DNA from: Myxococcales bacterium
GTDB taxonomy: Bacteria; Myxococcota_A; Polyangia; Polyangiales; Houyiibacteriaceae
Assembly: GCA_029862185.1 (NCBI GenBank)
Contig: JAOTXX010000012.1
Location: 1,787-65,786 of the forward strand
Reading direction: 5' to 3'
DNA: 64,000 nt
Below, piece after piece: positions 37,481 through 46,602 of this stretch (the first letter of the stretch is position 1; each line of letters starts with the position of its first letter). The notes under the pieces were generated by a model, which was not told the DNA's origin, made no database searches, and saw only the letters and a program-made list of their open reading frames with translations. Position numbers and translations under genes: made by a program.

Positions 37481-38442
37481 TGCGCCGACGTCGGAAGCGT
37501 CATGCACACGCGGAGGCTTCCGGCTGTCCCCGCTTCAGTCCAGATGCGTCCACCCTGCGCTTCGATCACGCTCCGCGCGACCGCAACCTCCAGGCCAAGC
37601 GCATCCGAGCGTGATAGCGGCGTTTCGAGTCGTTCGACCACCGCCAGCGTGTCGGCGGACGAATCCTTGAGCGTCGCCATCAGGTCGAATTGGACGAACC
37701 CCTTTCCGACCTGGTCACGTCGCGGCGGCGCAACACGCATGACGATGTCGGTCCCGGACGAGCGGATGACCAGTACCGCGAGGCTCACGAGCGCATGGAC
37801 GGTTCGATGCCGGTCTACGAAGACACGGGGTAGCCCATCGGCGACCCCACCGATCACCGAAATGCCCTCGGCCTGAGACCGTGCAAACCCGATCGCCTCG
37901 GTGATCAGCTCATCGGGAACCACCCACTGCGGTTGCAGGCGAAGCGCCCCTGCCTCGATCTTCGACTGGTCGACCACGGTCGAAACCAGCCGAAGAAGCC
38001 GCTCCGCGCTGGCGCGAATCGTGCGGACGCTGCTTTCCTGCTCGGCATTGAGCTCGCCATCGACGCGGCCGAGCAGCATGTCGGAAAACCCCGTAACCGA
38101 ATTGAGCGGGTTTCGTAGCTCGTGACCGAGTGCCCCGAGGAAGCGGGCACGTTGCCGCGCGGGCAGCTCCGGCTTCGCCGAGTGTGTTTCGATCGTCTCC
38201 AGCATCGAAGGGATGGGCGCAGCCACCGGGTCGAAGGGCTTGGTCGATTCCCGGGCGCGCAAGAGCCGCTCGACCGACCACAGCACGCCTGCTCCCAGGA
38301 ACAGGCCTGCTCCCAAGACGACAAACGCAGCCGGGTAGCGGTCCTCGCCGGCCAACGAGAACCAGCAGGCGGCGAAGTAGAGCGAAACGGCGGCGACGCC
38401 CCAGCGAAGCTTCGAAACCGAAATCTCTCGTCCGGTATTCAT
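37477..38442 (-). CDS. membrane histidine kinase-like sensor with intact H-box and degenerate ATP-binding domain
   Basis: Two N-terminal TMs. H-box FLGALGHELRNPLNSV. The C-terminal domain keeps only a G2-like ALGLEVA. No N-box Asn or DxGxG seen by eye. Confidence 0.7.
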   Translation of the reverse strand: MNTGREISVSKLRWGVAAVSLYFAACWFSLAGEDRYPAAFVVLGAGLFLGAGVLWSVERLLRARESTKPFDPVAAPIPSMLETIETHSAKPELPARQRARFLGALGHELRNPLNSVTGFSDMLLGRVDGELNAEQESSVRTIRASAERLLRLVSTVVDQSKIEAGALRLQPQWVVPDELITEAIGFARSQAEGISVIGGVADGLPRVFVDRHRTVHALVSLAVLVIRSSGTDIVMRVAPPRRDQVGKGFVQFDLMATLKDSSADTLAVVERLETPLSRSDALGLEVAVARSVIEAQGGRIWTEAGTAGSLRVCMTLPTSAH

Positions 38443-39416
38443 CGCCCACCCTGCAGAGGCAGCCGAACCAGGAATCGAGACGGCGCATTGCCATGATAGA
38501 GCGAGCCCTCGTGCCGGGAAATGACCTCGGCCGTCACGGCGACCGGCCAGCGGCGAATCTCCGAGGCGTCCTCCGATGCAAGAACCTCCCCCGTAGTCGG
38601 CAGCGCATCAAAGGAGAGGCGATCCGAAGCGCCGGCGGTAATTTCAATCGCGAGATACGCCTCGGATCGAACGAGACTCAACTCGATATCGGAATTTCTA
38701 TGGTCCGTCGCCAGGAAGTCGGCGAGCACGAGAATGGAGCGGCGGAGTCGGCTCTCGTCCGCCTCGGTGATGCAGGCCTCTTCGGGGAGGACGCACCTGG
38801 CGCTTCGCTTGTTCGACCAGAGCTGTCCTGCCTCGGACGCAACGCGCGCCACGAGCTCTCGAACGTCAATACGGTCCTCGTTCAGCAGCAGATTGTCGTC
38901 CTCGAGCTGGGAGAGGTCGAGCGCGCTATCGAGCAGCAACTTCAGTCGAATCCCCGAGGCACGGATGATCTCCAGGTCTTCGCGCTGCGATTCGTTCACC
39001 TCACCGTCGATGCCGCTCAAAAGCACGTCGGAGAACCCCAGGACGGCGTTGAGCGGCGTGCGAAACTCGTGGCGGAGTGCCGTCAGGTAATCCACCTCTT
39101 CGTCCCCGTTTACCTCGTCACCGCCAGCCCCCACTCCGACGGCGGGCGCCTCGGTCGTTCGCTCGGCTTCGACCAATGCCTTCGGCTTCGCGCTCTCGAC
39201 AGAAGCGATCAGGGTCGAGCGGACGAGCCAGACCAGCCCCACCACGGCGGCCAGACCGCCTACGACGAACCAGCCCCAGGACGCTGCGTCGCGCATTCCC
39301 GCGTAGAAGAAGAGGCCGAGCCCCGTCAGCAAGCCGACGCAGGTCGCATAGGAGGCAAACCGCAGGATCACGGTTCGTCGAAGCTTCACCTCATCTGCAT
39401 TCGGCATGCTCCCCAC
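38439..39416 (-). CDS. membrane histidine kinase-like sensor, tandem paralogue, catalytic domain degenerate
   Basis: Two N-terminal TMs. H-box LTALRHEFRTPLNAV. No recognisable N/G1/G2 boxes. 4-nt overlap with the downstream paralogue. Confidence 0.65.
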   Translation of the reverse strand: MGSMPNADEVKLRRTVILRFASYATCVGLLTGLGLFFYAGMRDAASWGWFVVGGLAAVVGLVWLVRSTLIASVESAKPKALVEAERTTEAPAVGVGAGGDEVNGDEEVDYLTALRHEFRTPLNAVLGFSDVLLSGIDGEVNESQREDLEIIRASGIRLKLLLDSALDLSQLEDDNLLLNEDRIDVRELVARVASEAGQLWSNKRSARCVLPEEACITEADESRLRRSILVLADFLATDHRNSDIELSLVRSEAYLAIEITAGASDRLSFDALPTTGEVLASEDASEIRRWPVAVTAEVISRHEGSLYHGNAPSRFLVRLPLQGGR

Positions 39417-41312
39417 CTAGCGACCGATCTCGACCTCGGGTACGCGAGCAGAGCCTTCGTCCCGCAACCGCAGCGCCAAGTCGATCCTGGCCGCCGCATT
39501 GATGAGGCCGAGGTGACTAAAAGCCTGCGGGAAGTTACCGAGGAGCGTCCGACTTCCAGGCTCGATTTGCTCCGCGAGCAGACCCAAGTGGTTCGAGGCC
39601 TCGGCGTGCGCGACGAAAACCTGCTGCGCCTCGTCTATGCGCCCCGCCATCGCCAAGACCTCGGCCAACCAGAAGCCGCAAAGAACGAATGCGCCCTCTT
39701 CGCCGCCGACGCCGTCGTCGGTGCGATAGCGGTAGACGTAGGGCCCGTCCCCCAAAGCAGCCTGAATCCACTCGATGGTGCGAAGGACTCGCTGGTCGTT
39801 CGGCGGCAGGAAGCCGTGAATCGGCAACAGGAGCAAGGACGCGTCCGGGTGCTCTTGGTCGTATGCGGCGACGAACCGCTTGCCGGTCCTGTCCAGACCG
39901 CGCCCGCAGAGCTCGGCGTGGAGCTCATCGGCAACTTGCTGCCATCGCGTCTGCAAGGACTGGTCACCAAACAAGGGTGCAAGCTCCGCGCCGCGCCGAA
40001 GCGCGAGCCAGCTCATGAGCTTGGAGTGCACATTGTGCCGTTTGCCAGCGCGCGGCTCCCAGATGCCATGGTCGGGCTCTGCCCACATGGCGACGACGTT
40101 CTCGACCACGCCCCGAAGGCGCCGCCAGCCGCGCGCAGTGAGTGAGCCGCCGCCGCGCTCGTACACGTAGGCCGCGTCCATGAGTGCGCCGGCCGTGTCC
40201 AGTTGCAGCTGGTCGCGCGCGCCGTTTCCGATGCGCACGGGCCGCGATCCACGATATCCGGCGAAGTGTTCAAGGGTTTGTTCGTCAGGGACACGGCCGC
40301 CATCGACCGCGTACATGACGTGAAGCTCCCGATCGCGTTCGAGCGTATCCCGCACGAAGTGAAAGAACTCGCGCGCCTCTCGATTGCAGCCGAGCAGATT
40401 CGCCGCGCGAACAGCCATGGCCGCGTCGCGCGTCCAAGTGTACCGATAGTCCCAATTGCGAACGCCACCGATCCATTCCGGAATCGACGTCGTTGGCGCA
40501 GCCACCATCGCCCCCGTCGGCGCATACATGAGAAGCTTCAACAGAAGTGCGGATCGAGTGACGTGGTGTCGCCATGGGCCATCGTACTCGAGCTGCTGGG
40601 CCCAATCGCGCCAGCGCCGCCGAGTCTTGCGGAGCGCGTCGAAGGGGCGGTAGGCCAGGATCGACTCCGGCTCCGTTGCGTTCCAGCTGATGACGAGCCA
40701 TCCGCGCTCGCCGGCCTTGAGTCGAAAAACGGCCTGCACGCCGCCTTCGAGCCGTTGTTCCCAATGCCCGACGCCGCCGAGAACGGCTAGGAGACGCTCT
40801 CCCGTTGCGCCTTTGGCCAGCGCGGAGCGCCCGTCGATCTCGAACGTTGTGCTGACGCGACCGTAGTCGAACCGCGGATCGAAGACGACCTTGACGACCG
40901 CCTCGCCTTCCACGCATTGCACGCGCCGATGAACTTCATGCACCGCGGATCGCGGATCGTCGGTCCAGGGCATGTAATCGATGAGCCGAATGGTCCCGCG
41001 GCCTTCGATTTGAAACACGGTCTCGAGCACGTTGGTGCCTGGGTCGTAGCGCTGAAGGCTCTCGAAGGGGTAGTCCACGGGGCTGACCGACGTGGAGCCG
41101 CCGTTGTTCTCGTCGAGCAGGGCCGCGAAGACGCTTGGGCTGTCGAAACGCGGCAGGCAGAGCCAGTCGATCGCGCCGTCCGCACGGACGAGCGCGGCGG
41201 AGAACCCGTCACCGATCAACCCATGGTCCGCAATGGTCAAAGCCTGCGTGGATTGTTCGTCGGTGAACACGAACGGCCGGTTGAGCCGCTTGGCCGCGCT
41301 GTAGAGGTCCAT
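39417..41312 (-). CDS. glycoside hydrolase family 15 protein (glucoamylase/trehalase-like)
   Basis: HGLIGDGFSAALVRADGAIDWLCLPRFDSPSVFAALL N-terminus and (alpha/alpha)6 catalytic region (NWDYRYTWTRDAAM). Start set at the ATG at 41312; the upstream 69 codons are an R/S-rich extension. Confidence 0.85.
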   Translation of the reverse strand: MDLYSAAKRLNRPFVFTDEQSTQALTIADHGLIGDGFSAALVRADGAIDWLCLPRFDSPSVFAALLDENNGGSTSVSPVDYPFESLQRYDPGTNVLETVFQIEGRGTIRLIDYMPWTDDPRSAVHEVHRRVQCVEGEAVVKVVFDPRFDYGRVSTTFEIDGRSALAKGATGERLLAVLGGVGHWEQRLEGGVQAVFRLKAGERGWLVISWNATEPESILAYRPFDALRKTRRRWRDWAQQLEYDGPWRHHVTRSALLLKLLMYAPTGAMVAAPTTSIPEWIGGVRNWDYRYTWTRDAAMAVRAANLLGCNREAREFFHFVRDTLERDRELHVMYAVDGGRVPDEQTLEHFAGYRGSRPVRIGNGARDQLQLDTAGALMDAAYVYERGGGSLTARGWRRLRGVVENVVAMWAEPDHGIWEPRAGKRHNVHSKLMSWLALRRGAELAPLFGDQSLQTRWQQVADELHAELCGRGLDRTGKRFVAAYDQEHPDASLLLLPIHGFLPPNDQRVLRTIEWIQAALGDGPYVYRYRTDDGVGGEEGAFVLCGFWLAEVLAMAGRIDEAQQVFVAHAEASNHLGLLAEQIEPGSRTLLGNFPQAFSHLGLINAAARIDLALRLRDEGSARVPEVEIGR

Positions 41313-41368
41313 CCGCTCCAGAGAATAGCAGATCGTGCGCTTCGCAACGCACATGCTACAGGCACGCC

Positions 41369-42289
41369 GTGCAGAGGCGATACGCGAACTGGGCCCTGCC
41401 GCTGACCCTGATTGCCCTGACTTTTGCGTCCACCTTGTTCGTCGGCGCAGGAATGGTCCTTGGACAGGCGCCCGGCTCGCTTGCGGAGCTCGGGAGGGGC
41501 TGGGTGTTCTCGTTCCCACTGATGGCCATACTGCTCGCTCACGAGTTCGGCCATTTCTTCGCGGGTAGGTACCATCGAGTCGACGTCTCTCCGCCCTATT
41601 TCATCCCGGTTCCCTTCTTTCTGCTCGGGACCTTGGGCGCGGTGATTCAAATCCGCGAGCGGATCCGTTCTCGCAACGCGCTGCTCGACATCGGGGCTGC
41701 CGGCCCGCTCGCCGGCATGGCCGTCGCGCTCCCCGTGATCGCGTACGGTCTCGCCACCTCGCCCGTCGAGCCCCTTCCTGAGGGGCCCTACATTCTCGAA
41801 GGGCATTCGCTTCTGTACCATGGACTTCTGAACGCGCTCCAAGGGCCCATCCCCGACGGGTACGACATCATGTTGAGCCCGACCGCGCTCGCAGGCTGGG
41901 CCGGACTGCTCGTAACGATGATCAACCTGCTTCCTTTCGGCCAACTCGACGGCGGCCACATTGCGTACGCCCTCCTCGGCCCACGTCAGAACCAGGTTTC
42001 GAGGTACGTCCTTCGCCTGCTGCCGTTGCTCGCAATCGTGGTGAGCGCCGCATACGGGATCCCGAGCTATCTCGACGGACTTCGCGGGGACGCGCTGATC
42101 GCGGACGCGACCGCAGGTAGTCATTGGCTGGTCTGGGCGGTCGTGCTGTGGCTCCTCACACGCGCAACCGGCCCGGGCCATCCGCCGACCGAAGGGGGCC
42201 CGCTCTCACCTCGGCGCAGGGTCGTCGGCTGGTTAACCCTTCTTCTGTTCGTCCTGTTGTTCATGCCATCCTGGATCCGGATTCAGTAG
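41369..42289 (+). CDS. site-2 protease family (M50) membrane metalloprotease
   Basis: HEFGHFFAGR (HExxH) and NLLPFGQLDGGH motifs. Polytopic membrane protein. Confidence 0.8.
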   Translation: MQRRYANWALPLTLIALTFASTLFVGAGMVLGQAPGSLAELGRGWVFSFPLMAILLAHEFGHFFAGRYHRVDVSPPYFIPVPFFLLGTLGAVIQIRERIRSRNALLDIGAAGPLAGMAVALPVIAYGLATSPVEPLPEGPYILEGHSLLYHGLLNALQGPIPDGYDIMLSPTALAGWAGLLVTMINLLPFGQLDGGHIAYALLGPRQNQVSRYVLRLLPLLAIVVSAAYGIPSYLDGLRGDALIADATAGSHWLVWAVVLWLLTRATGPGHPPTEGGPLSPRRRVVGWLTLLLFVLLFMPSWIRIQ

Positions 42290-42329
42290 GAAATTTCACC
42301 GGACCGAAGGAATTCCTTAGGTTTGGCTC

Positions 42330-43934
42330 ATGCGCCCCAGCCTCGGTTCAGGCCTCCTCGTTTGCATCTTTGCCGCTGTCCTTGGTTCGTCTTCCACCGC
42401 GCAGGCGTGGACCCGTACGGTGGTCAAAGGCGCGCGGGCCACCGTGGATGTCGAGCGCGACGCAAGCCTGCGCGTTCTTCTTCGCCTGGACGTCGAGGTT
42501 CACGCCGGTTGGCTGCACGAGCTCGAGCTCGTCGACCTCGGAGACGGTGTCGAGCTCGACCGCTATCGGCCTCCGTACTTTCGTTCGGAAGAAGGCGAGA
42601 TCTTCCGCCCAGAGGCAGAGGTTCTCGACGACGGCCGGATACGCCTGTCTTTTCCGAGGAGGGAAGCGCCGCGGCGAGGCGAATACCGGGTGTTCATGCG
42701 GTACCGAATTCAAGCAGACATGCGTGCCGTCGAGGACACAGACCAAGCGCGTGTCGTCTGGTCGGTGCCAGCCTGGGAGACGGGTCTTCATGGCGTCTCG
42801 GTTCAAATCCGTGCTCCCCGAGGTTCATCGGTTCCCGGCGACCTGCACGAGACTCCGCCCGGTGTCGACTTCCAGGTCGAGGAGCACGCCGAACGAACCC
42901 TCGTCGAGTGGCGGCGAATTCATCTTCCGCGCTTGACCGCCTGGCCGCTGACCTTCGATGTGCCCCTCGCAGCGATCGACCTGCCCGTGTCCGCGCCGGA
43001 TGCACCCACACCCGCGGGCTTTCGTCCTCTAAGCACGCCCGACGACCGCCCAATTGCCTGGACGCTGCTCCTGGTCGCTCTATGGGTGCTCTTGAAGCGG
43101 CGCGCGGTACAGCTTCGCATGGGGCCAGACGCGCTGCTGGTGCGCTCGCCCTGGGTCGCCGTGCTCGCTGTCAGCGGAATCGCCCTCGCCATCGGTCAAT
43201 GGCTCGCGCCGAGCTACCTCCTTTGCGCAGCGCCTCTCCTCGCCTTCGCGCTGCACCGTCCGGTCCGCTGGACGGCTGCGCCCCCACCCCAAGATTGGCG
43301 ACCTGCTCTCGCCAAAGAGCTTCCGCGCACCGAAACCCGAGCGAGCGAGCTGCTCGATGGGACGAGCACGATCGGGCTCGCGCTCTTGCTCGCGAGCGGC
43401 ACCGGCTTGATCGCCCTCGGCGAAGCAACCGCGGCGCTTCTCCTCTTGCCGGTCTTTTTGACGGGAACGCGATACCACATGCCGGCCACTGCTTCGGAGG
43501 CAGCCGACGCGCTCCGCCGATTTGCATCGGAGCTGAGCATGCCGGCTGAGGTGCCCGAGGTATCGTTCTCTTGGGAGCTGTCGTCCGATGACGCGCCTCG
43601 GCTCCGAGCTCACTTACCGACCCACCGTGCCGGGCTCACCTCGCTGAGCTTCGCACTTGCATCGAGCCCCGTCGGGTTCGTGCTTCGGCGAAAAGTCATG
43701 CTAGTCATCGAAACGCGAGCTCAATCGGACGCCGATGATCTCGTGCGTCGCCGGACGAATGTCGAACCCGATCTCCGCGCCCCAAACGGCAGCATCCTTC
43801 GGCTGGTGGACTGGAACCTCGGGGCCGTCGAGTTGCTGCGAGTCCTGGCGCACAAGACCCCCAAGGCTGTGAAGGCGTCCCGCGGAACCTGGCTGCTTCG
43901 CGAAATCTCGGAGCCCGGACGCCAAGCCGCGTAG
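42330..43934 (+). CDS. hypothetical membrane protein (signal peptide, beta-rich ectodomain, several TM helices)
   Basis: Signal peptide LLVCIFAAVLGSSSTAQA. TM cluster from ~aa 240. Preferred over the overlapping R-rich frame 42323..43549. Confidence 0.55.
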   Translation: MRPSLGSGLLVCIFAAVLGSSSTAQAWTRTVVKGARATVDVERDASLRVLLRLDVEVHAGWLHELELVDLGDGVELDRYRPPYFRSEEGEIFRPEAEVLDDGRIRLSFPRREAPRRGEYRVFMRYRIQADMRAVEDTDQARVVWSVPAWETGLHGVSVQIRAPRGSSVPGDLHETPPGVDFQVEEHAERTLVEWRRIHLPRLTAWPLTFDVPLAAIDLPVSAPDAPTPAGFRPLSTPDDRPIAWTLLLVALWVLLKRRAVQLRMGPDALLVRSPWVAVLAVSGIALAIGQWLAPSYLLCAAPLLAFALHRPVRWTAAPPPQDWRPALAKELPRTETRASELLDGTSTIGLALLLASGTGLIALGEATAALLLLPVFLTGTRYHMPATASEAADALRRFASELSMPAEVPEVSFSWELSSDDAPRLRAHLPTHRAGLTSLSFALASSPVGFVLRRKVMLVIETRAQSDADDLVRRRTNVEPDLRAPNGSILRLVDWNLGAVELLRVLAHKTPKAVKASRGTWLLREISEPGRQAA

Positions 43935-43938
43935 GCGT

Positions 43939-44502
43939 CTAGCGAGCGACGCGCGCAGCGAGTGGCGCCAAGATCTGATCGACCTGCTTGAGCTCCCGAA
44001 TCACGTCTTCTTCGTCGAAATCGATCTCGTCGATCAGCGCTTCGTGAACTGCGTCGTAGAGCCACGTGCTCGATTCGGGATCCTCGATGCAGTGCGCGGC
44101 TTCATGCCCCTGCTGATTCAGAGTCGGAAACTTCTTGGCGACTTGCTCGAGCACTGTGACTCGATCTCCGAGGTAGGCTTGCATCGCCTCGATCTCATCA
44201 GACAAAGGATCAAACATCTCCGGCGATACCTGCGCATGCTTGTTGAACGCATCGGGGGATCGCCCGCGCACGTCGCTCAACACCAGCCGAATCAGCATCG
44301 CGTCCCCCAGATGACGGAGAACGCCGCGAACGCCTGGGATGGCGCCGCTCGAAAAGATCACGTGGAGAAGAGCACCGGCCGCGGCGATTCGGCTCTCATC
44401 GTCGACCTCGGGATCTTCGACAATCCGTAACACCGATTTCAAATCCTGACTGAATCGAATCAGTGCAGGGGTCATCAACTCGACGAAGTGCTCGCGCGAC
44501 AT
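43939..44502 (-). CDS. hypothetical protein
   Basis: 187-aa acidic ORF starting 1 nt after the OmpA-family gene stop, so probably co-transcribed. No motif recognised. Confidence 0.5.
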   Translation of the reverse strand: MSREHFVELMTPALIRFSQDLKSVLRIVEDPEVDDESRIAAAGALLHVIFSSGAIPGVRGVLRHLGDAMLIRLVLSDVRGRSPDAFNKHAQVSPEMFDPLSDEIEAMQAYLGDRVTVLEQVAKKFPTLNQQGHEAAHCIEDPESSTWLYDAVHEALIDEIDFDEEDVIRELKQVDQILAPLAARVAR

Positions 44503-44503
44503 A

Positions 44504-46546
44504 TCACCTCGGCACCAGAGAACGGCCGCGCGGGCATGTTACCTCAACTCCGGTGGGGCCTGCGTCGGTTTCTATGATTTTGAACTCCACGCGCCGGTTT
44601 CGTTCCCACGCCTTGGCGTTGTGCTTGGGGTCGACTGGACATCGCTCGCCGTATCCACCAGACCTCAGCCGCTGCTTGAGGACGCCGCGTTCGATGAGCG
44701 CAGTCATGACGGAGGCGGCCCGAGCCCGCGTCAGCTTGATGTTGTAGCCGTCGCTGCCCCTCTCATCTGCATGGCCCTGAATCTCGACCAGGGTGATCTG
44801 CGGGCTGGCGTTCAGCGTCGCGGCGACCGCATCGAGCAGCGGGAAGCTGCGCGGCTTGATGACGGCGCTGTCGGTCTCGAAGTAGACCTTCTCGAGAATC
44901 GTGATCTGCGTGTCTTCTAGGATCACCAAGCCCTTGTCGGGGCAGCCATCCTCGTCCTCGTGGCCGTTGTAGGTCTCCGGGTCGTTCGGACAAGCATCAT
45001 CGACATCGAGAATCCGGTCACTGTCATTGTCGAGGTCCGGGCAGCCATCTTCGTCTTGGAAGCCATCGAAGTCTTCGGCATCGTTCGGACAGAGATCCTT
45101 CTCGTCGGGAATCCCGTCGCCGTCGTTGTCTGGGTCCGGGCAGCCGTCTTCATCCTGGAAGCCGTCGAAGTCCTCCGGCTCGTCCGGACAGTCGTCGACC
45201 GTATCGGGAATCCCATCTCCATCACGATCGCCTTCCCTGCCCTCGGGGCAGCCGTCCTCGTCGCGATCACCGTCGTAGTCCTCTTTGACCAACGGACAGG
45301 CGTCGTCCACATCGAGGATTCCGTCGCCGTCGTTGTCAAGATCCGGGCAGCCATCGCGATCCTCGAAGCCGTCTCGGTCTTCCGCTTCGTCGGGACAACC
45401 ATCGTCGTCATCGGCAATCCCGTCATTGTCGCGGTCCCCAACTGCCGGCTCGTAGATGATCCCGAGCGTTGCGCGAATGTCGGCCGCTTCAAAGCCGGTC
45501 TTCGGAATCCCGGCACCGGCCGCGATGAAGAGGAAGCTCTTGTTGGTGACGAAGTACTTGAACCCGCCGAGAACCTCCATCGAAAGGGTGCCTTTTGTCC
45601 CGATTTCTCGGGCGATCTGGCTGCCGTAAAACTCGATGATGAAGTCGAGTGAGCTCGCGATGCGGAAGGCGGAGCCAAACCCAAAGGTGATCAAATCATC
45701 GTAGGTGAACACTCGGCCGGCGCTGGATACGTCGACCGGATCGGTCGCGGTGCCAGCAGGGTCGCCTAGGCCGGGATTCGAACGCCCATCCCAGATAAAG
45801 GTGGCGCCCTGCCCGGAGGTCCAGCGATAGCCGCCTTCGAGTGCGAGTCGGATCTTTTCGATCGGCTGAAACTCGAACACGGCCGTGGGCCAGAGGGAGT
45901 AGCCGGGTTCGCCGGCGAACTGCGTCGACTTGGCCGTCGGGAAACCCGCTCGCAGGGTCACCGCAATGCCGACCGGCAGCTCGCCGAGGTTGAGCAGCCG
46001 CGCCTTGGCGACGATGGTCAGGTCGCCGACACCTTGAGATCGCAATCCGCCGGCTTGGTAGTTGTAGAGACAACCGGCGGAGGTTGCACCGGTGCAGGTA
46101 CCGCCGCGATCGGGAGTCTGCACCTCGTTCCCACGAAAGAACGTGATCGGAAGCTGGATGCCGAGCACCAATCGGTCGATGAGGCCGATGTTGAACATGA
46201 ACGTCCCGGTGAACGCTTGCTTCGCGATTCGGCTCTCGCGCGCAGCGTCGTTGGCCGCACCGTTGGGGTTGTTGTCAAAGCCATTGTATCGAAGGATGCC
46301 GAAGCCCGCATCGAGGACGAGCCCGAAGCTGAAATCCTTGTGGGGCAAAACCTCGCTGCCGTTGACGCTGAAGTACCCGCGCGAGTCGACCGCCGGGCGG
46401 AACAAGTGCAGGTCCATGCCGCCGTCCGTGAGGGTCGCCACCTGGGCCTGAGCGCCGCTCGAAAGCAGCGATGCCCCCACGACCAGCGCCATCGCCCATG
46501 CCGGCCATCCGGCCGAAACACGCCTCCCTTGTGTTCCCCCAAACAC
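44504..46546 (-). CDS. OmpA-family outer-membrane protein with thrombospondin type-3 (Ca-binding) repeats
   Basis: Signal peptide and N-terminal beta-rich region. About 8 DxDxDGxxDxxDxCP repeats. C-terminal OmpA_C (VEIQGHADERGSDGYNIKLTRARA...NRRVEFKI). Confidence 0.88.
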   Translation of the reverse strand: MFGGTQGRRVSAGWPAWAMALVVGASLLSSGAQAQVATLTDGGMDLHLFRPAVDSRGYFSVNGSEVLPHKDFSFGLVLDAGFGILRYNGFDNNPNGAANDAARESRIAKQAFTGTFMFNIGLIDRLVLGIQLPITFFRGNEVQTPDRGGTCTGATSAGCLYNYQAGGLRSQGVGDLTIVAKARLLNLGELPVGIAVTLRAGFPTAKSTQFAGEPGYSLWPTAVFEFQPIEKIRLALEGGYRWTSGQGATFIWDGRSNPGLGDPAGTATDPVDVSSAGRVFTYDDLITFGFGSAFRIASSLDFIIEFYGSQIAREIGTKGTLSMEVLGGFKYFVTNKSFLFIAAGAGIPKTGFEAADIRATLGIIYEPAVGDRDNDGIADDDDGCPDEAEDRDGFEDRDGCPDLDNDGDGILDVDDACPLVKEDYDGDRDEDGCPEGREGDRDGDGIPDTVDDCPDEPEDFDGFQDEDGCPDPDNDGDGIPDEKDLCPNDAEDFDGFQDEDGCPDLDNDSDRILDVDDACPNDPETYNGHEDEDGCPDKGLVILEDTQITILEKVYFETDSAVIKPRSFPLLDAVAATLNASPQITLVEIQGHADERGSDGYNIKLTRARAASVMTALIERGVLKQRLRSGGYGERCPVDPKHNAKAWERNRRVEFKIIETDAGPTGVEVTCPRGRSLVPR

Positions 46547-46602
46547 CTTGCCTCAGTTTGTCACGGGCGAAGCCCATTAATCAACGATTCTGCGGCCCTG
46601 CG

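Noticed and set aside
38130-40145. 671-aa plus-strand ORF, the longest unassigned ORF in the track
   Set aside because: It lies entirely antisense to the two histidine-kinase genes and the GH15 gene, which have clear family motifs. Its translation is Arg/Pro/Ala/Gly-rich with no motifs, the classic shadow ORF of GC-rich DNA.
42323-43549. 408-aa plus-strand ORF overlapping 42330..43934 in another frame
   Set aside because: The translation is extremely Arg/Ala/Pro-rich (for example RRARARRPRRRCRARP). The overlapping frame has a proper signal peptide and TM helices.
44950-45450. Nucleotide-level repetitiveness on the minus strand inside the OmpA-family gene
   Set aside because: It is explained by in-frame thrombospondin type-3 repeats (DxDxDGxxDxxDxCP). 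It is not an independent repeat element.
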